The notes under the pieces: model-generated
Seen by the model: the letters and a program-made list of their open reading frames with translations, nothing else
What the model was told of the DNA's origin: nothing
Databases searched by the model: none
Made by a program: the position numbers and the translations under genes
Source: Halobacteriaceae archaeon
GTDB lineage: Archaea; Halobacteriota; Halobacteria; Halobacteriales; Halobacteriaceae
Direction: 5' to 3'
DNA: 64,000 bases
Assembly (NCBI GenBank): GCA_042216525.1
Contig: JBDGTT010000023.1
Coordinates: 22,812-86,811, forward strand
In this document: positions 35,747-45,399 of the stretch, piece after piece
Position numbering within the stretch: the stretch's first letter is position 1
Layout of the letters: every line of letters starts with the position of its first letter

Positions 35747-36823
35747 TCAGTCCAACCCGCTGGTGAAGATGGCGACCCACTGCCCGTAGTCGGGGTCCGC
35801 CCGCACCTCGACGCGGTCAACCCACTTCACCCACTGGAAGCCCCGCCGGCCGGGCGCGACGAGACGGAGCGGGAACCCGTGGCCGTGGGAGAGGCGCTCG
35901 TCGCCGACGTGCGTCGCGAGCAGGGCGTCGCGGGCGTCCGCGACCGGCAGACTCCAGCGGTAGCCCGTCACCGAGACGAAGCGCACGTAGCGCCCGCGCT
36001 CTCGCGCGCCGACGGCATCGAGGAGGTCGCCGACGCGGACGCCCCGCCAGTCCTGCACGCTGTACCACCCGCTCGTGCAGTCCAGGAGCGCCCGTCGCTC
36101 GGCGCCGGCCGCGTCGTCGGCCTCGGGGACGAGTTCCTCGTAGTCGATGTCGAGCGGGCGCGCCACCTCGCCGGTCACGGAGAGCGACCAGTCCGCGGGC
36201 GCGACCTGGTCGGGGTCGTCCGCCGCCCACTCCGTCCGCGGGAACGCGTTCCCCGCGAGCGACGCCACCTCGCGCGACCCGGTGAACCGGCGGGCCGCCC
36301 CGGCGCCACCGAGGGCCGCCACGAGACGCTGCTGGGCGAGGTAGGCGGCGCCACCCACCGACGCGACGGCGGCGTACTGAAGCGCCACTCGGCGGTCCGT
36401 GACCGCCTCCCGCGGCGGCAGGCGGAACCGGGCGGCGAGGTGGACCAGCACGGGCACGACGAGCGCGGTCCCGAGGACCGCGTGGACCATCAGGCCGTTC
36501 CACCGCGCGACTCCCACGGAGACGCCGCTCACCCAGAGGGCGCCGGTGGCCAGCGTCGCGAGGACGACGGCGAGGGCGACGAGGGCAGCGGCGGTCGAGC
36601 GGTCCCACGTCCGCGGGCGCCGGAGGCGAGGCGCGACCCGGCGGACCTTCGCCCCGAGCACGACCGTCAGCGACAGACCGACGACGCCGTGGACGACGAA
36701 CACCCACCGGTCCTCGGGGACGCCGGTCAACAGCCCCAGGAGGCCGGTGGCGACGGCGAGGGCGACGCCGACGAGCAGTCCCCAGTCGACGACGGACGGG
36801 TCCGGGGCGAGCGGGCGTGCCAC
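35747..36823 (-). CDS. Membrane-anchored molybdopterin-dependent oxidoreductase (sulfite-oxidase/MsrP-fold)
   Basis: 358-aa ORF. About 5 N-terminal TM helices, then an Oxidored_molyb-like domain with LDCTSGWYS (Moco Cys) and GFPLRLVAPG..GFQWVKW. Confidence 0.8.
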   Translation of the reverse strand: MARPLAPDPSVVDWGLLVGVALAVATGLLGLLTGVPEDRWVFVVHGVVGLSLTVVLGAKVRRVAPRLRRPRTWDRSTAAALVALAVVLATLATGALWVSGVSVGVARWNGLMVHAVLGTALVVPVLVHLAARFRLPPREAVTDRRVALQYAAVASVGGAAYLAQQRLVAALGGAGAARRFTGSREVASLAGNAFPRTEWAADDPDQVAPADWSLSVTGEVARPLDIDYEELVPEADDAAGAERRALLDCTSGWYSVQDWRGVRVGDLLDAVGARERGRYVRFVSVTGYRWSLPVADARDALLATHVGDERLSHGHGFPLRLVAPGRRGFQWVKWVDRVEVRADPDYGQWVAIFTSGLD

Positions 36824-36940
36824 GGCCCTACACGGGGCCGGACACGCAAAGACCTGGCGCGCGCGCCGCTCCCGGCGCCGCTGGTATCAGAACGTATAAC
36901 TATCGCGTCTCTGAACAGTTCCGGCAGAGGATGTGACGTG

Positions 36941-38770
36941 ATGGCAGGTACCGAACCACCGTCGGCGACCGGGACCGGCACGGCGCGGAAGACCGCAGGG
37001 GTGACGTCGCTGTTCGGTCTGGCCGCCCTCGTCACGGTGGCGACCGGCCTCGCGGTCTCCGCCGGGCGAGACGGCGCGCCGCTCCCGGTCCAGACGCTCG
37101 CGGCGACCGGGGTCGACGTGGCCCTCCTCGGCGCCGGCGGACTCTGGCTGACCCGGGAGTACTTCGACTGGCGGCAGGTCTGGCAGGTTGTGACGTGGGT
37201 GTCGCTTGGCGTCGCGGTGACAGCGGCGCTCGCCCTGGGTGCGTCGGTCGCGGGGGCCGGCTCCCGGGGTGGGGTCCTGCGCCCGTCTGAGGTCGAAATC
37301 CTCGCGCCGTTCATCGGCGTGGGCGTCGCGGCGGGGCTGGTGACGGGCCTCTACGACGCCCACCGACTGCGGGCCCAGCGGCGGTACGAGCGCACCGCGC
37401 GACGACTCTCGTCGCTCGTCGACGACTCGCCGGTGCCCATCGTCTCGCTCGACGCGGCGGGCCGCGTCCGCACCTGGAACCCGGCCGCGGAGTCGACGCT
37501 CGGCTACGCGGCGCCGGACGTCGTCGGGCGTCAGCCGCCGACGGCGCCGGAGGACCCGCGGGACGCGTGGACGGACCTCTTCGAGCGACTCCGCGCCGGC
37601 GAGTCGGTCCGCGCCGTCGCGACGACCGTCGAGACGGCCGACGGCGACGCCCTCCCGGTCGTCGTCTCCGGGTCGCCGGTCGTCGACGACGAGGGGCGCC
37701 ACGACGGGTGCGTGGTGGTCGTCTCGGACCGCTCCGAGCGGCGAGAGCGCGAGCGACGCCTCGACACCGTCGTGGAGAACCTGCCGCTCGTCCTGTTCTC
37801 CCTCGACGCGTCGGGCCGGTTCACCCTCTCGGTCGGGCACGGACTCGAGGCGCTCGGCCTCTCGCCCGGCGAGGTCCGGGGGGAGTCGGTGTTCGAGCTG
37901 TACGCCGACCACGACAGGCTGCTCTCGGGGGTCGAGCGGGCGCTACACGGCGAGACCGTCCACGACACCTACGCCGTCGAGGGACGCGCCTTCGAGGTCT
38001 GGCTGCAGGACGTCGAGGCCCCCGACGGCGACGTCTCGGGCGTCATCGGCGTCGCGGAGGACGTGACCGACCGCGAGCGCCACGAGCAGCACTTCGAGGT
38101 GGTCCACCGGGTGCTCAGGCACAACCTGCGGAACAAGGTCACCGTCATCGGGGGTGCCGCGGCTGGCATGCGGGAGACTGCCGACGACGAACGCGTCGTG
38201 GGCCTGATCGAGACCGTCGAAGCCGCCTCGTCGGACCTCGCCCGCCTCAGCGAGACGGCCAAGCGCATCCACTCGCTGTTCTCCGAGGAGCAGACCGGGA
38301 CCGTCGACGTCGCGGAGATGCTCGACACTCGACTGGCGGAGGTGCGTGCCGCGTACCCCGGGGCGACCGTCGACGTCGACGGGCCGGCGACGGACACAGC
38401 GCGGGTCGACGCCACCGTCGGCCTCGCGGTCTACGAACTGCTGGAGAACGCGGTCAGACACGCCGGCACCGACGCGACGGCGCGGGTCACGGCGACCGTC
38501 GAGGACGCCAGCCTCGAACTGACGGTCCGCGACGACGGACCGGGCATCCCGCCGGCCGAACTGGCCGTCCTCGAGCGGGGGTCGGAGACGCCGGTGACCC
38601 ACAGCAGCGGCCTCGGTCTGTGGCTCGTCAGCTGGGTCGTCGACCGCCTCGGCGGTGACTTCGCGGTCGACGACGACGGGGACGGCGAGGACGGGGCGGA
38701 GAGGGGGGCGACGGTCCGCCTGTGCGTCCCCATCGCGGACGCGGGGGACGAGGGCGTTCCGGGGGGTTGA
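36941..38770 (+). CDS. Membrane-anchored PAS/PAS sensor histidine kinase
   Basis: In-frame ATG at 36941 of track ORF 35879..38770. The upstream 354 codons are antisense to the previous gene. It has TM helices, two PAS-like segments, H-box LRHNLRNKVTVI and G-box SSGLGLWLV. Confidence 0.88.
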   Translation: MAGTEPPSATGTGTARKTAGVTSLFGLAALVTVATGLAVSAGRDGAPLPVQTLAATGVDVALLGAGGLWLTREYFDWRQVWQVVTWVSLGVAVTAALALGASVAGAGSRGGVLRPSEVEILAPFIGVGVAAGLVTGLYDAHRLRAQRRYERTARRLSSLVDDSPVPIVSLDAAGRVRTWNPAAESTLGYAAPDVVGRQPPTAPEDPRDAWTDLFERLRAGESVRAVATTVETADGDALPVVVSGSPVVDDEGRHDGCVVVVSDRSERRERERRLDTVVENLPLVLFSLDASGRFTLSVGHGLEALGLSPGEVRGESVFELYADHDRLLSGVERALHGETVHDTYAVEGRAFEVWLQDVEAPDGDVSGVIGVAEDVTDRERHEQHFEVVHRVLRHNLRNKVTVIGGAAAGMRETADDERVVGLIETVEAASSDLARLSETAKRIHSLFSEEQTGTVDVAEMLDTRLAEVRAAYPGATVDVDGPATDTARVDATVGLAVYELLENAVRHAGTDATARVTATVEDASLELTVRDDGPGIPPAELAVLERGSETPVTHSSGLGLWLVSWVVDRLGGDFAVDDDGDGEDGAERGATVRLCVPIADAGDEGVPGG

Positions 38771-38796
38771 TACGGTTCCGCCGCCGCGGTTCCCAC

Positions 38797-39696
38797 ATGA
38801 GCGAGGCCGACATCATCGACGGTGACGCCGTCGCCGCCGACGTCCGCGCGGACGTCGCGGCGGCCGTCGAGGAACTTGCCGCGGCGGGCCACCGACCGAC
38901 GCTGGCGACGGTCCTGATGAGCGAGGACCCCGCGAGCGAGACGTACGTCTCGATGAAACAGCGCGACTGCGAGGAGGTCGGCATCGACACCCGCGACGTC
39001 GAACTCGACACGGACGCCCCGGCCGGGGACCTCTTCGACACCGTCGACGGGCTGAACGTCGACGACGACGTGAACGGGATCCTCGTCCAGATGCCGGTTC
39101 CCGATCACGTCGACGACCGGGCGGTGCTCCGCCGGGTCGACCCGCTGAAGGACGTCGACGGCTTCCACCCCGAGAACGTGGGTCGCCTGGTCGCCGGCGA
39201 CGCGCGGTTCCGCCCCTGCACGCCCCACGGCGTCCAGAAGCTCCTGGCGTCGGCCGGCGTCGACACCGAGGGCGCCGACGTCACCATCGTCGGCCGGTCG
39301 GACATCGTCGGGAAACCCCTCGCGAACCTCCTCATCCAGAAGGCCGATGACGGCAACGCGACGGTGACGGTCTGTCACTCGCGGACCGACGACCTGGCGG
39401 CCAAGACCCGGGCCGCGGACGTCGTCGTCGCGGCCGTGGGCGTCCCGGAACTCGTCACCGGCGACATGCTCTCGGAGGGCGTCGTCGTCGTGGACGTGGG
39501 CGTCAACCGCGTCGAGGCCGACACCGAGAAGGGCTACGAACTCGTCGGCGACGTCGAGTTCGAGAGCGCCCGCGAGGCGGCCAGCGCCATCACGCCCGTC
39601 CCCGGCGGCGTCGGCCCGATGACCCGCGCCATGCTCCTGTACAACACGGTGAAGGCGACGGCCCTCCAGCACGACGTCGACGTCGACCTCCCGTAG
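38797..39696 (+). CDS. folD: Bifunctional methylenetetrahydrofolate dehydrogenase / methenyl-THF cyclohydrolase
   Basis: Met26 of track ORF 38722..39696 (MSEADIIDGDAVA...). Motifs YVSMKQRDC, GILVQMPVP, DVDGFHPENVG, GRSDIVGKP and PVPGGVGPMT. Confidence 0.93.
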   Translation: MSEADIIDGDAVAADVRADVAAAVEELAAAGHRPTLATVLMSEDPASETYVSMKQRDCEEVGIDTRDVELDTDAPAGDLFDTVDGLNVDDDVNGILVQMPVPDHVDDRAVLRRVDPLKDVDGFHPENVGRLVAGDARFRPCTPHGVQKLLASAGVDTEGADVTIVGRSDIVGKPLANLLIQKADDGNATVTVCHSRTDDLAAKTRAADVVVAAVGVPELVTGDMLSEGVVVVDVGVNRVEADTEKGYELVGDVEFESAREAASAITPVPGGVGPMTRAMLLYNTVKATALQHDVDVDLP

Positions 39697-39727
39697 AGTT
39701 ATCCCACCGGAAGCCGATCCCCGGTGT

Positions 39728-40654
39728 ATGCCGGACCTTCACCCCGACGTGCAGTCCCACCTCGACGAGTTCTTACACCTCCCCTCGCTCGTGGAGGCCG
39801 GACCCGAGGGCGCGCGCGAGCAGATCCACGAGACCCACGCCCGCGACCCCGACAGGGACCCGGTCGCCGCGGTGACCGAGACGGCCGTCGAGGGGCCGGC
39901 CGGGGACGTCCCCGTCCGCGTCTACCGCCCCACCGAGGACGGCGAGCACCCGACGCTGCTCTGGATCCACGGCGGGGGATGGGTCATCGGCGACCTGGAC
40001 AGCCACGACCAGGTCGCGCGCGCCCTCTGCCGGACGGCGGAGGTGACCGTCGCCTCCGTGGGCTACCGGCGCGCGCCCGAACACGGCTTCCCCGCGGCCG
40101 TCCAGGACTGCGTCGCCGCACTGGAGTGGGCCGCCGCCGGGAACGTCCCCGGCGGCCGGGGCGACGCTCTCGCCGTCGCGGGCGACAGCGCCGGGGGCAA
40201 CCTCAGCGCGGTGACAGCCCTCTACGACCGCGACCACGGCGCCCACCTCGCGCGCCAGGTGCTGCTCTACCCGGTGACCGACGACGACGTCGACCGCGAG
40301 TCCTACCACGAGTTCGCGGACGGCTACGGCCTGACCCGCGAGGAGATGGTCTGGTTCCTCGAGCACTACTTCCCGACCGACCTCCACCGGGCCAACCCGT
40401 ACGGCCTCCCGATGAAGGCCTGTGACCTCGCGGGTCTCCCGCCCGCGACGGTCGTCACGGCCGAGTTCGACGTCCTCCGCGACGAGGGCGTCGCCTACGC
40501 GGAGCGACTGGCCGACGAGGGGGTGCCCGTCGCGCACCACCACTACGAACGGATGAACCACGGCTTCGTCAGCCACCTCGCGGACCCGGACCTCGACGCC
40601 GCGCGCGACGTCGTCGCGACCGTCGCGGACGAACTCGAGGGCGCGTTCACGTAG
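39728..40654 (+). CDS. Alpha/beta-hydrolase, HSL-type esterase/lipase
   Basis: 308-aa ORF. Oxyanion motif HGGGW and nucleophile elbow GDSAGG. Confidence 0.88.
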   Translation: MPDLHPDVQSHLDEFLHLPSLVEAGPEGAREQIHETHARDPDRDPVAAVTETAVEGPAGDVPVRVYRPTEDGEHPTLLWIHGGGWVIGDLDSHDQVARALCRTAEVTVASVGYRRAPEHGFPAAVQDCVAALEWAAAGNVPGGRGDALAVAGDSAGGNLSAVTALYDRDHGAHLARQVLLYPVTDDDVDRESYHEFADGYGLTREEMVWFLEHYFPTDLHRANPYGLPMKACDLAGLPPATVVTAEFDVLRDEGVAYAERLADEGVPVAHHHYERMNHGFVSHLADPDLDAARDVVATVADELEGAFT

Positions 40655-41393
40655 CCGCGTCCAGGCGGTCGAGGTGAGCCTCCGCGGCGGCGAGAGCGTC
40701 GGCGTCGGCCTCGCGGACGCAGGTCGCCAGTTCGCGGACCGCAGCGACCAACCGCTCGGCCGCCGCGGGCGCGACGTCCCCGTCGAGGGCCTCCACGCGG
40801 CGGACGTGGTCGTCGAGTCGGTCGAGCGCCGCACGCGCACCCGACGACACCTCGTGGTCGCGCTCGGAGTCCTCGAGCGCGTCGTCCAGCCAGAGGCGGA
40901 GTTCCCGCCGGTAGTCGCCAACGCCGCTCGCGACGGCGAGGCCGCGCGCGTCCCGGACCGACTCCGGGACCGACGACGGGTCGGGTCGGTCCCCCTCGTC
41001 GGCCCCGTCGAGGACCGCGAGGTAGTAGCGCTCGACCGCGTCGTCGAGGGACAGGCCTCGCGCGATGCGCCCGCCCACCGCCCGCAGTTCCGCGGCCGCG
41101 AGGTACGCGTCGTCGAGGTCCCGGAGGGCGCCGGCGTGGACGAACCCGCGGGCCGCGACGTACGCGCGGGCCGCCTCGGCGCCGGCGCGGGCGCTCTCCC
41201 GGTACCGGTCGGCGGCCGCGGCGCGGCGTGCCTCCTCGAGGTCGAGGGCGGCGGCCGAGTCCGTGTGTCTGGTCCGCTCGTCGACGCCGACGCTTCGCAG
41301 ACTCCCACAGGACGGGCACTCGACGCTCCCGGTCCGGTAGTAGGACCACCGCGTCCCGCAGGACTGGCACTCGCGCTCCCCACGGATCTCCAT
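40647..41393 (-). CDS. Zinc-ribbon hypothetical protein
   Basis: Met8 of track ORF 40647..41414 (MEIRGERECQSCGTRWSYYRTGSVECPSCGS...). CxxC...CxxC, then an Ala/Arg/Asp-rich helical region. The 3' end overlaps the esterase gene by 8 nt. Confidence 0.65.
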   Translation of the reverse strand: MEIRGERECQSCGTRWSYYRTGSVECPSCGSLRSVGVDERTRHTDSAAALDLEEARRAAAADRYRESARAGAEAARAYVAARGFVHAGALRDLDDAYLAAAELRAVGGRIARGLSLDDAVERYYLAVLDGADEGDRPDPSSVPESVRDARGLAVASGVGDYRRELRLWLDDALEDSERDHEVSSGARAALDRLDDHVRRVEALDGDVAPAAAERLVAAVRELATCVREADADALAAAEAHLDRLDAAT

Positions 41394-41500
41394 AGACGAG
41401 GATTGGACGCGCACGCGGAAAAACCGACCGTCCCCCGCGCGCCCGGGACCGGTCGAGTCGCTGAGGGAAGGTTTAAGTACATGGCCTCAATTGTTCCAGT

Positions 41501-41590
41501 TGGCGCTTCGCTTGGAGGGCCGAAGCGTCAGCGGGGACCAATTCAGGGCGGCAGCGACCCCGGCCGTTTTCGCCGGGGTCGCTTCCTTTT
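41501..41590 (+). ncRNA. Candidate small RNA (two hairpins, promoter-like box upstream, hairpin plus T-run at the end)
   Basis: TTTAAGTA box at 41472-41479. Hairpin 41501-41530 (CGCTTCG/CGAAGCG core). 11-bp hairpin GCGACCCCGGC/GCCGGGGTCGC at 41554-41582, followed by TTCCTTTT. There is no plausible ORF and no plus-strand gene upstream that could use the terminator. Confidence 0.3.
41554..41590 (+). terminator. Hairpin plus T-rich tract
   Basis: 11-bp perfect GC-rich stem, 7-nt loop CGTTTTC, then TTCCTTTT on the plus strand only. Confidence 0.4.
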
Positions 41591-41725
41591 CACACGCCAG
41601 ATAGCCCGGGCCACGCGGCACGCCCGGCGAACTCGCTCGGCCACCGTGAGCGGTGCCGCGCCGACGGGCGGGAGACCCGGACGACACCCTTATACACGCC
41701 TCAGCCTGACCCTCGACGCGAAGGC

Positions 41726-42001
41726 ATGTACGACCTGACGGGCTTCCAGCGCGACCTCCTCTACGTCGTGGCCGGCCTGGAGCGGCCCCACGGACTGGCG
41801 ATAAAGGAGGAACTCGAGGACTACTACGAGGGCGAGGTCCACCACGGGCGACTGTACCCCAACCTCGACACGCTGGTCGAGAAGGGCCTCGTCGAGAAGG
41901 GCGAACTCGACCAGCGCACGAACTACTACGCGCTGACCCGTCGCGGCCGTCGCGAACTCGAGGCCCGCCGCGAGTGGGAAGACGGCTACGTGGACCTCTG
42001 A
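41726..42001 (+). CDS. PadR-family transcriptional regulator
   Basis: 91-aa ORF. LLYVVAGLERPHGLAIKEELEDYY...GRLYPNLDTLVEKGLV is a typical PadR wHTH. CTTATAC box lies about 33 nt upstream. Confidence 0.85.
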   Translation: MYDLTGFQRDLLYVVAGLERPHGLAIKEELEDYYEGEVHHGRLYPNLDTLVEKGLVEKGELDQRTNYYALTRRGRRELEARREWEDGYVDL

Positions 42002-42002
42002 G

Positions 42003-42242
42003 ATGCGGACGCGGCTGGTCACCGCCCTCCTCGGCACGGCGCTGAGCCTCGCGATCAGCGCCGCCCTCTGGCACTGGTTCGGCGTCCCGTTCGCCGTCCT
42101 GTTCGTGCCCTTCGTCCCGATATTCTTCTGGCGGTCGGGCGGAGAGGACCGTCCCCCGGTCCGGGAGTGCCCGGCCTGCGGGTTCCGGACCCGCGACCCG
42201 GCGGTGCAGTACTGTCCCCGGGACGGCACCGCACTCGAGTAG
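42003..42242 (+). CDS. Small membrane protein with C-terminal zinc-ribbon
   Basis: 79-aa ORF. Two hydrophobic helices, then CPACGF...YCPRDG. The start is 1 nt after the PadR stop (TGAGATG). Confidence 0.7.
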   Translation: MRTRLVTALLGTALSLAISAALWHWFGVPFAVLFVPFVPIFFWRSGGEDRPPVRECPACGFRTRDPAVQYCPRDGTALE

Positions 42243-42256
42243 CACTCGCCCGCCCG

Positions 42257-43459
42257 TCAGCCGTCGCTCGCGGTCCCCGGCGCGTCCGGTCGGTCGGCGT
42301 CGTCGCCGTCGTCGGCGTCGGCCGGCACCTCCCCGCCCGTCTCGCCGAAGTCCTCCGAGTGGGCCGTCGTCAGGGCATCGCCCACCGCCTCCGGGCGGAT
42401 GGCGCGCCCGGCGAGCAGTTCCGGGAGGACGAGTCGCACGAAGTGGACGACGAGGACCAGCAGCATGGGTCCGAGGAAGATGCCGTACCACCCCCAGAGG
42501 AGGGGCCCGAAGATGTAGGCGAACATCACCATCCCGAGGTGGAGCCCCCGGCCCGAGACGTAGGGGCGGAGGACGAAGTCCGGGATGGTGTCGACGACGA
42601 CGAAGGAGACGACGACGAACGCCGCCGGGAACCACAGGAGGTCCGACCCGTCGATGGCCGCGAGGTAGGTCAGCCACACCGCGACCGGGACGTAGACCAG
42701 TTTCATCCCGACGACGGGGACGAGGCTGGCGACGCCGGCGAGGAGGCCCACGAGCGTCGGATACGGGATGAGCACGCTCCTGGGGGCCGCCATCTCGAGG
42801 AGGTTGTAGGCGACGGCGCCGATGACGGCCGTCAGGATGGCGTTGAGGATGTTGCCGAAGAAGATGTTCGAGAAGTCCCGGTCGACGGCGCGGCCGTAGG
42901 CCTCGACGACCCCGTCGCCGTCCGCGAACCGCCGCCGGAACCACGCGACGAGTCGCCGGTCGTCCCGGAGCAGGTAGAAGGCGATGCCGAACATGACGAA
43001 CAGGTGGAGGGCGGCGTTCCCGATGAAGCCGAGGTAGCCGAGCGCCTGGTCGAGGAACTCCTGGAGCGCAGCGCGGACGCTCGGTTCGTCGAGGAGGTCC
43101 CGCGGGTTCTGTACGACCGCCGAGATGTCGATGTAGGGCCGGAGGATGGCGTCGATGCTCCCGAGGTCGATGCTCGTCAGGAGGCGGTTGGTCTCCTGGA
43201 GGCCCACCGCGAGCGTGTAGGCGGCGAGAAGTATCGCCGGGAGCGTGAGAGCGAAGAGGGCGACGGCCGCCGCGAGACTGGGCGGCCGGACGTGGCTCCT
43301 GAGATGTCGGTAGACCGGTCGGGTGGCGTAGTAGATGAACAGTCCGAAGACGAACGTGCCGAGAAACGAGTAGATGGTGAAGCCGAGGACGACTGCCAGC
43401 GCCGCGGCCATCACCCACCAGGCGAGGCGGTCCCGCTCGGCCACCCAGGCCGCCGTCAT
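42257..43459 (-). CDS. AI-2E/PerM (UPF0118) family transporter
   Basis: 400-aa ORF with about 8 TM helices. Acidic C-terminal tail. Confidence 0.8.
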   Translation of the reverse strand: MTAAWVAERDRLAWWVMAAALAVVLGFTIYSFLGTFVFGLFIYYATRPVYRHLRSHVRPPSLAAAVALFALTLPAILLAAYTLAVGLQETNRLLTSIDLGSIDAILRPYIDISAVVQNPRDLLDEPSVRAALQEFLDQALGYLGFIGNAALHLFVMFGIAFYLLRDDRRLVAWFRRRFADGDGVVEAYGRAVDRDFSNIFFGNILNAILTAVIGAVAYNLLEMAAPRSVLIPYPTLVGLLAGVASLVPVVGMKLVYVPVAVWLTYLAAIDGSDLLWFPAAFVVVSFVVVDTIPDFVLRPYVSGRGLHLGMVMFAYIFGPLLWGWYGIFLGPMLLVLVVHFVRLVLPELLAGRAIRPEAVGDALTTAHSEDFGETGGEVPADADDGDDADRPDAPGTASDG

Positions 43460-43539
43460 ACCCCTACCGGCGCGCCGAGTGACAAAAGGGTTTGCGTCGC
43501 CGGGACAACAGTTACCTGCCTGTCCGCCGACGTCGGGGC

Positions 43540-44928
43540 ATGGACCGCGAGGCGGCCGAGCCCGACGTCGACGAGTTTCCCGGCCCGCGGGCGCGTCGGT
43601 GGGTGGCCAACCACCGGCGACACGCCGCGCCGAGCACCTACGTCTACGAGTTCGTCTGGGACGTCACCGCCGACGCCGCCGGCCCGTTCTGCACCGACCT
43701 CGACGGGAACGTCCTCCTCGATTTCACCTCTCACGTCGGAGCGGCCCCTCTCGGGTACAACAACCCGAAGGTGCTGGACCGCCTCGCGGCGTTCGACCTC
43801 GTCGACCCGACGAAGATCGCCGGCCAGGACTTCTACGCCAGCGTCGGGTGGCCGCCCGAGGACCCCGACCTGCCCGGCGCGGCCGGCCTGATGGAGCGAC
43901 TCGTCGACGAGACCAGCCACTACGGCGCGGAGGCGGTCTTCCTCTCGAACTCCGGGGCGGAGGCCAACGAGAACGCGATGAAGATCTGTCACGACCACCG
44001 GCCGGGCGCCAAGTACGGCGTCACCTTCGAGGGCGGCTTCCACGGGCGGACGCTGGGCGTCCTCTCGCTGAACCGCTCGAAGGCCGTCCACAGGCGGCGC
44101 TTTCCGGAACTGGCCGGCGTGACGGCCGCCCCGTTCTGCGAGGACCGCACCTGCACGCGGGCCACCTGCGACTGCGGGTTCTTCGCCGGCGGGCGGTCGG
44201 TCCTCAGGCGGACCCTCGACCCGGACCGCGGGAACGTCGACCCGGCGGAGGTTGCCTACGTGATGGTCGAACCCGTGCAGGGCGAGGGCGGCTACCGGAT
44301 CCCCAGCGAGGCGTTCATGGAGGAGGTGGCGGCGCTCTGTGCCGAACACGACGTCCCGCTGATCGCCGACGAGGTGCAGTCCGGACTCGGACGCACCGGC
44401 ACGTTCTGGGCCAGCGACCAGTTCGCCATCGAACCGGACGTCGTGACGGCGGCCAAGGGCCTGCGGGTCGGCGCCACGGTGTCGAGTCGCGAGATATTCC
44501 CCGAGGAGCGGGGGCGCCTCTCCTCGACGTGGGGGGCCGGTGACCTCCTCGCCCTCGCACAGGGTGCGCTCACCGTCGACGCCGTCCACGAGTACGACCT
44601 GCTGGACAACGCCGTCGAGCGGGGCGACCAGATGCTGGCGCTGCTCCGGGCGGCCGACCCCGAGTACGTCGTCGACGTGCGCGGGATGGGCCTGATGCTC
44701 GCCGTCGAGTTCGACACCCGGGCCCGCCGCGAGGCCGTCGTTCGCGCCTGCCTGGACCGGGGGCTGTTGACCCTCGGCTGCGGGTACAAGACGCTTCGGT
44801 TGCTCCCGCCCCTCGACGTCACCGCGCGAGAGATTCGTCTCGGCGCCGACTGCCTGCTCTCGGCCCTGGAGGACCCGCGCGTCCGTGACCCCTCGCCGCC
44901 GCCGACGACGAGCGAGGAGGTTCTCTGA
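43540..44928 (+). CDS. Class-III PLP-dependent aminotransferase (4-aminobutyrate/ornithine aminotransferase-like)
   Basis: Met17 of track ORF 43492..44928 (MDREAAEPDVDEF...). Motifs SNSGAEANE, EPVQGEGG, ADEVQSGLGRTG and TAAKGL (PLP Lys). Confidence 0.88.
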   Translation: MDREAAEPDVDEFPGPRARRWVANHRRHAAPSTYVYEFVWDVTADAAGPFCTDLDGNVLLDFTSHVGAAPLGYNNPKVLDRLAAFDLVDPTKIAGQDFYASVGWPPEDPDLPGAAGLMERLVDETSHYGAEAVFLSNSGAEANENAMKICHDHRPGAKYGVTFEGGFHGRTLGVLSLNRSKAVHRRRFPELAGVTAAPFCEDRTCTRATCDCGFFAGGRSVLRRTLDPDRGNVDPAEVAYVMVEPVQGEGGYRIPSEAFMEEVAALCAEHDVPLIADEVQSGLGRTGTFWASDQFAIEPDVVTAAKGLRVGATVSSREIFPEERGRLSSTWGAGDLLALAQGALTVDAVHEYDLLDNAVERGDQMLALLRAADPEYVVDVRGMGLMLAVEFDTRARREAVVRACLDRGLLTLGCGYKTLRLLPPLDVTAREIRLGADCLLSALEDPRVRDPSPPPTTSEEVL

Positions 44929-45342
44929 CTACGCGTCGACCGGGTCGGCGCCCTCGACGGCCGAGAGCGCCGCCGTCATCCGCTCGCGCACCTCGTCGGC
45001 GACGGGGTCGAGGTCCTCGTTCTCGACGACGCCGAGCAGCACCGACGGGTCGACGGCGCTCACGCCGACGCCGCCGTCGTCGTCCGCGTAGACAACGACG
45101 TTGCAGGGCAGGAGCGCCCCGAGTTCGAGTTCCGCGCTCATCGCGCGGTGGGCCAGCGGCGGATTGCACGCCCCGAGGATGCGGTACTGGCGGAACTCCT
45201 CGTCGAGTTTCTCCCGAAGCGTCGCTTGCACGTCGATGTCACAGAGGACGCCGAAGCCCTCGTTCGCGAGGGCCTCCTCCACTGCGGCGACGGTCTCGTC
45301 GAACGCGCCGTCCACGTGGTACCGGATCGTGTACGCGGCCAT
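44929..45342 (-). CDS. DUF302-domain protein
   Basis: C-terminal 137 aa of track ORF 44929..45657 (MAAYTIRYHVDGAFDETVAAVEEALANEGFGVLCDIDVQATLREKL...ILGACNPPLA). Confidence 0.8.
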   Translation of the reverse strand: MAAYTIRYHVDGAFDETVAAVEEALANEGFGVLCDIDVQATLREKLDEEFRQYRILGACNPPLAHRAMSAELELGALLPCNVVVYADDDGGVGVSAVDPSVLLGVVENEDLDPVADEVRERMTAALSAVEGADPVDA

Positions 45343-45399
45343 GTCCCAGGAGAGCCCCGACAGTCTTGTAACGGTTTCGCTCAACCATCTTTTTCCGTG

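Noticed and set aside
41493-41503. GTTCCAGTTGG resembles the core of archaeal origin recognition boxes (GTTCCAGTGGAAAC-like).
   Set aside because: It is a single imperfect copy. There is no inverted partner, no AT-rich unwinding element and no orc1/cdc6 gene in the window. It also overlaps the first hairpin of the sRNA candidate.
41487-43418. 643-aa minus-strand ORF covering the PadR operon and the AI-2E transporter in another frame.
   Set aside because: Its translation is extremely Arg/Pro/Gly-rich. The real genes in this span have clean family motifs in other frames and on other strands.
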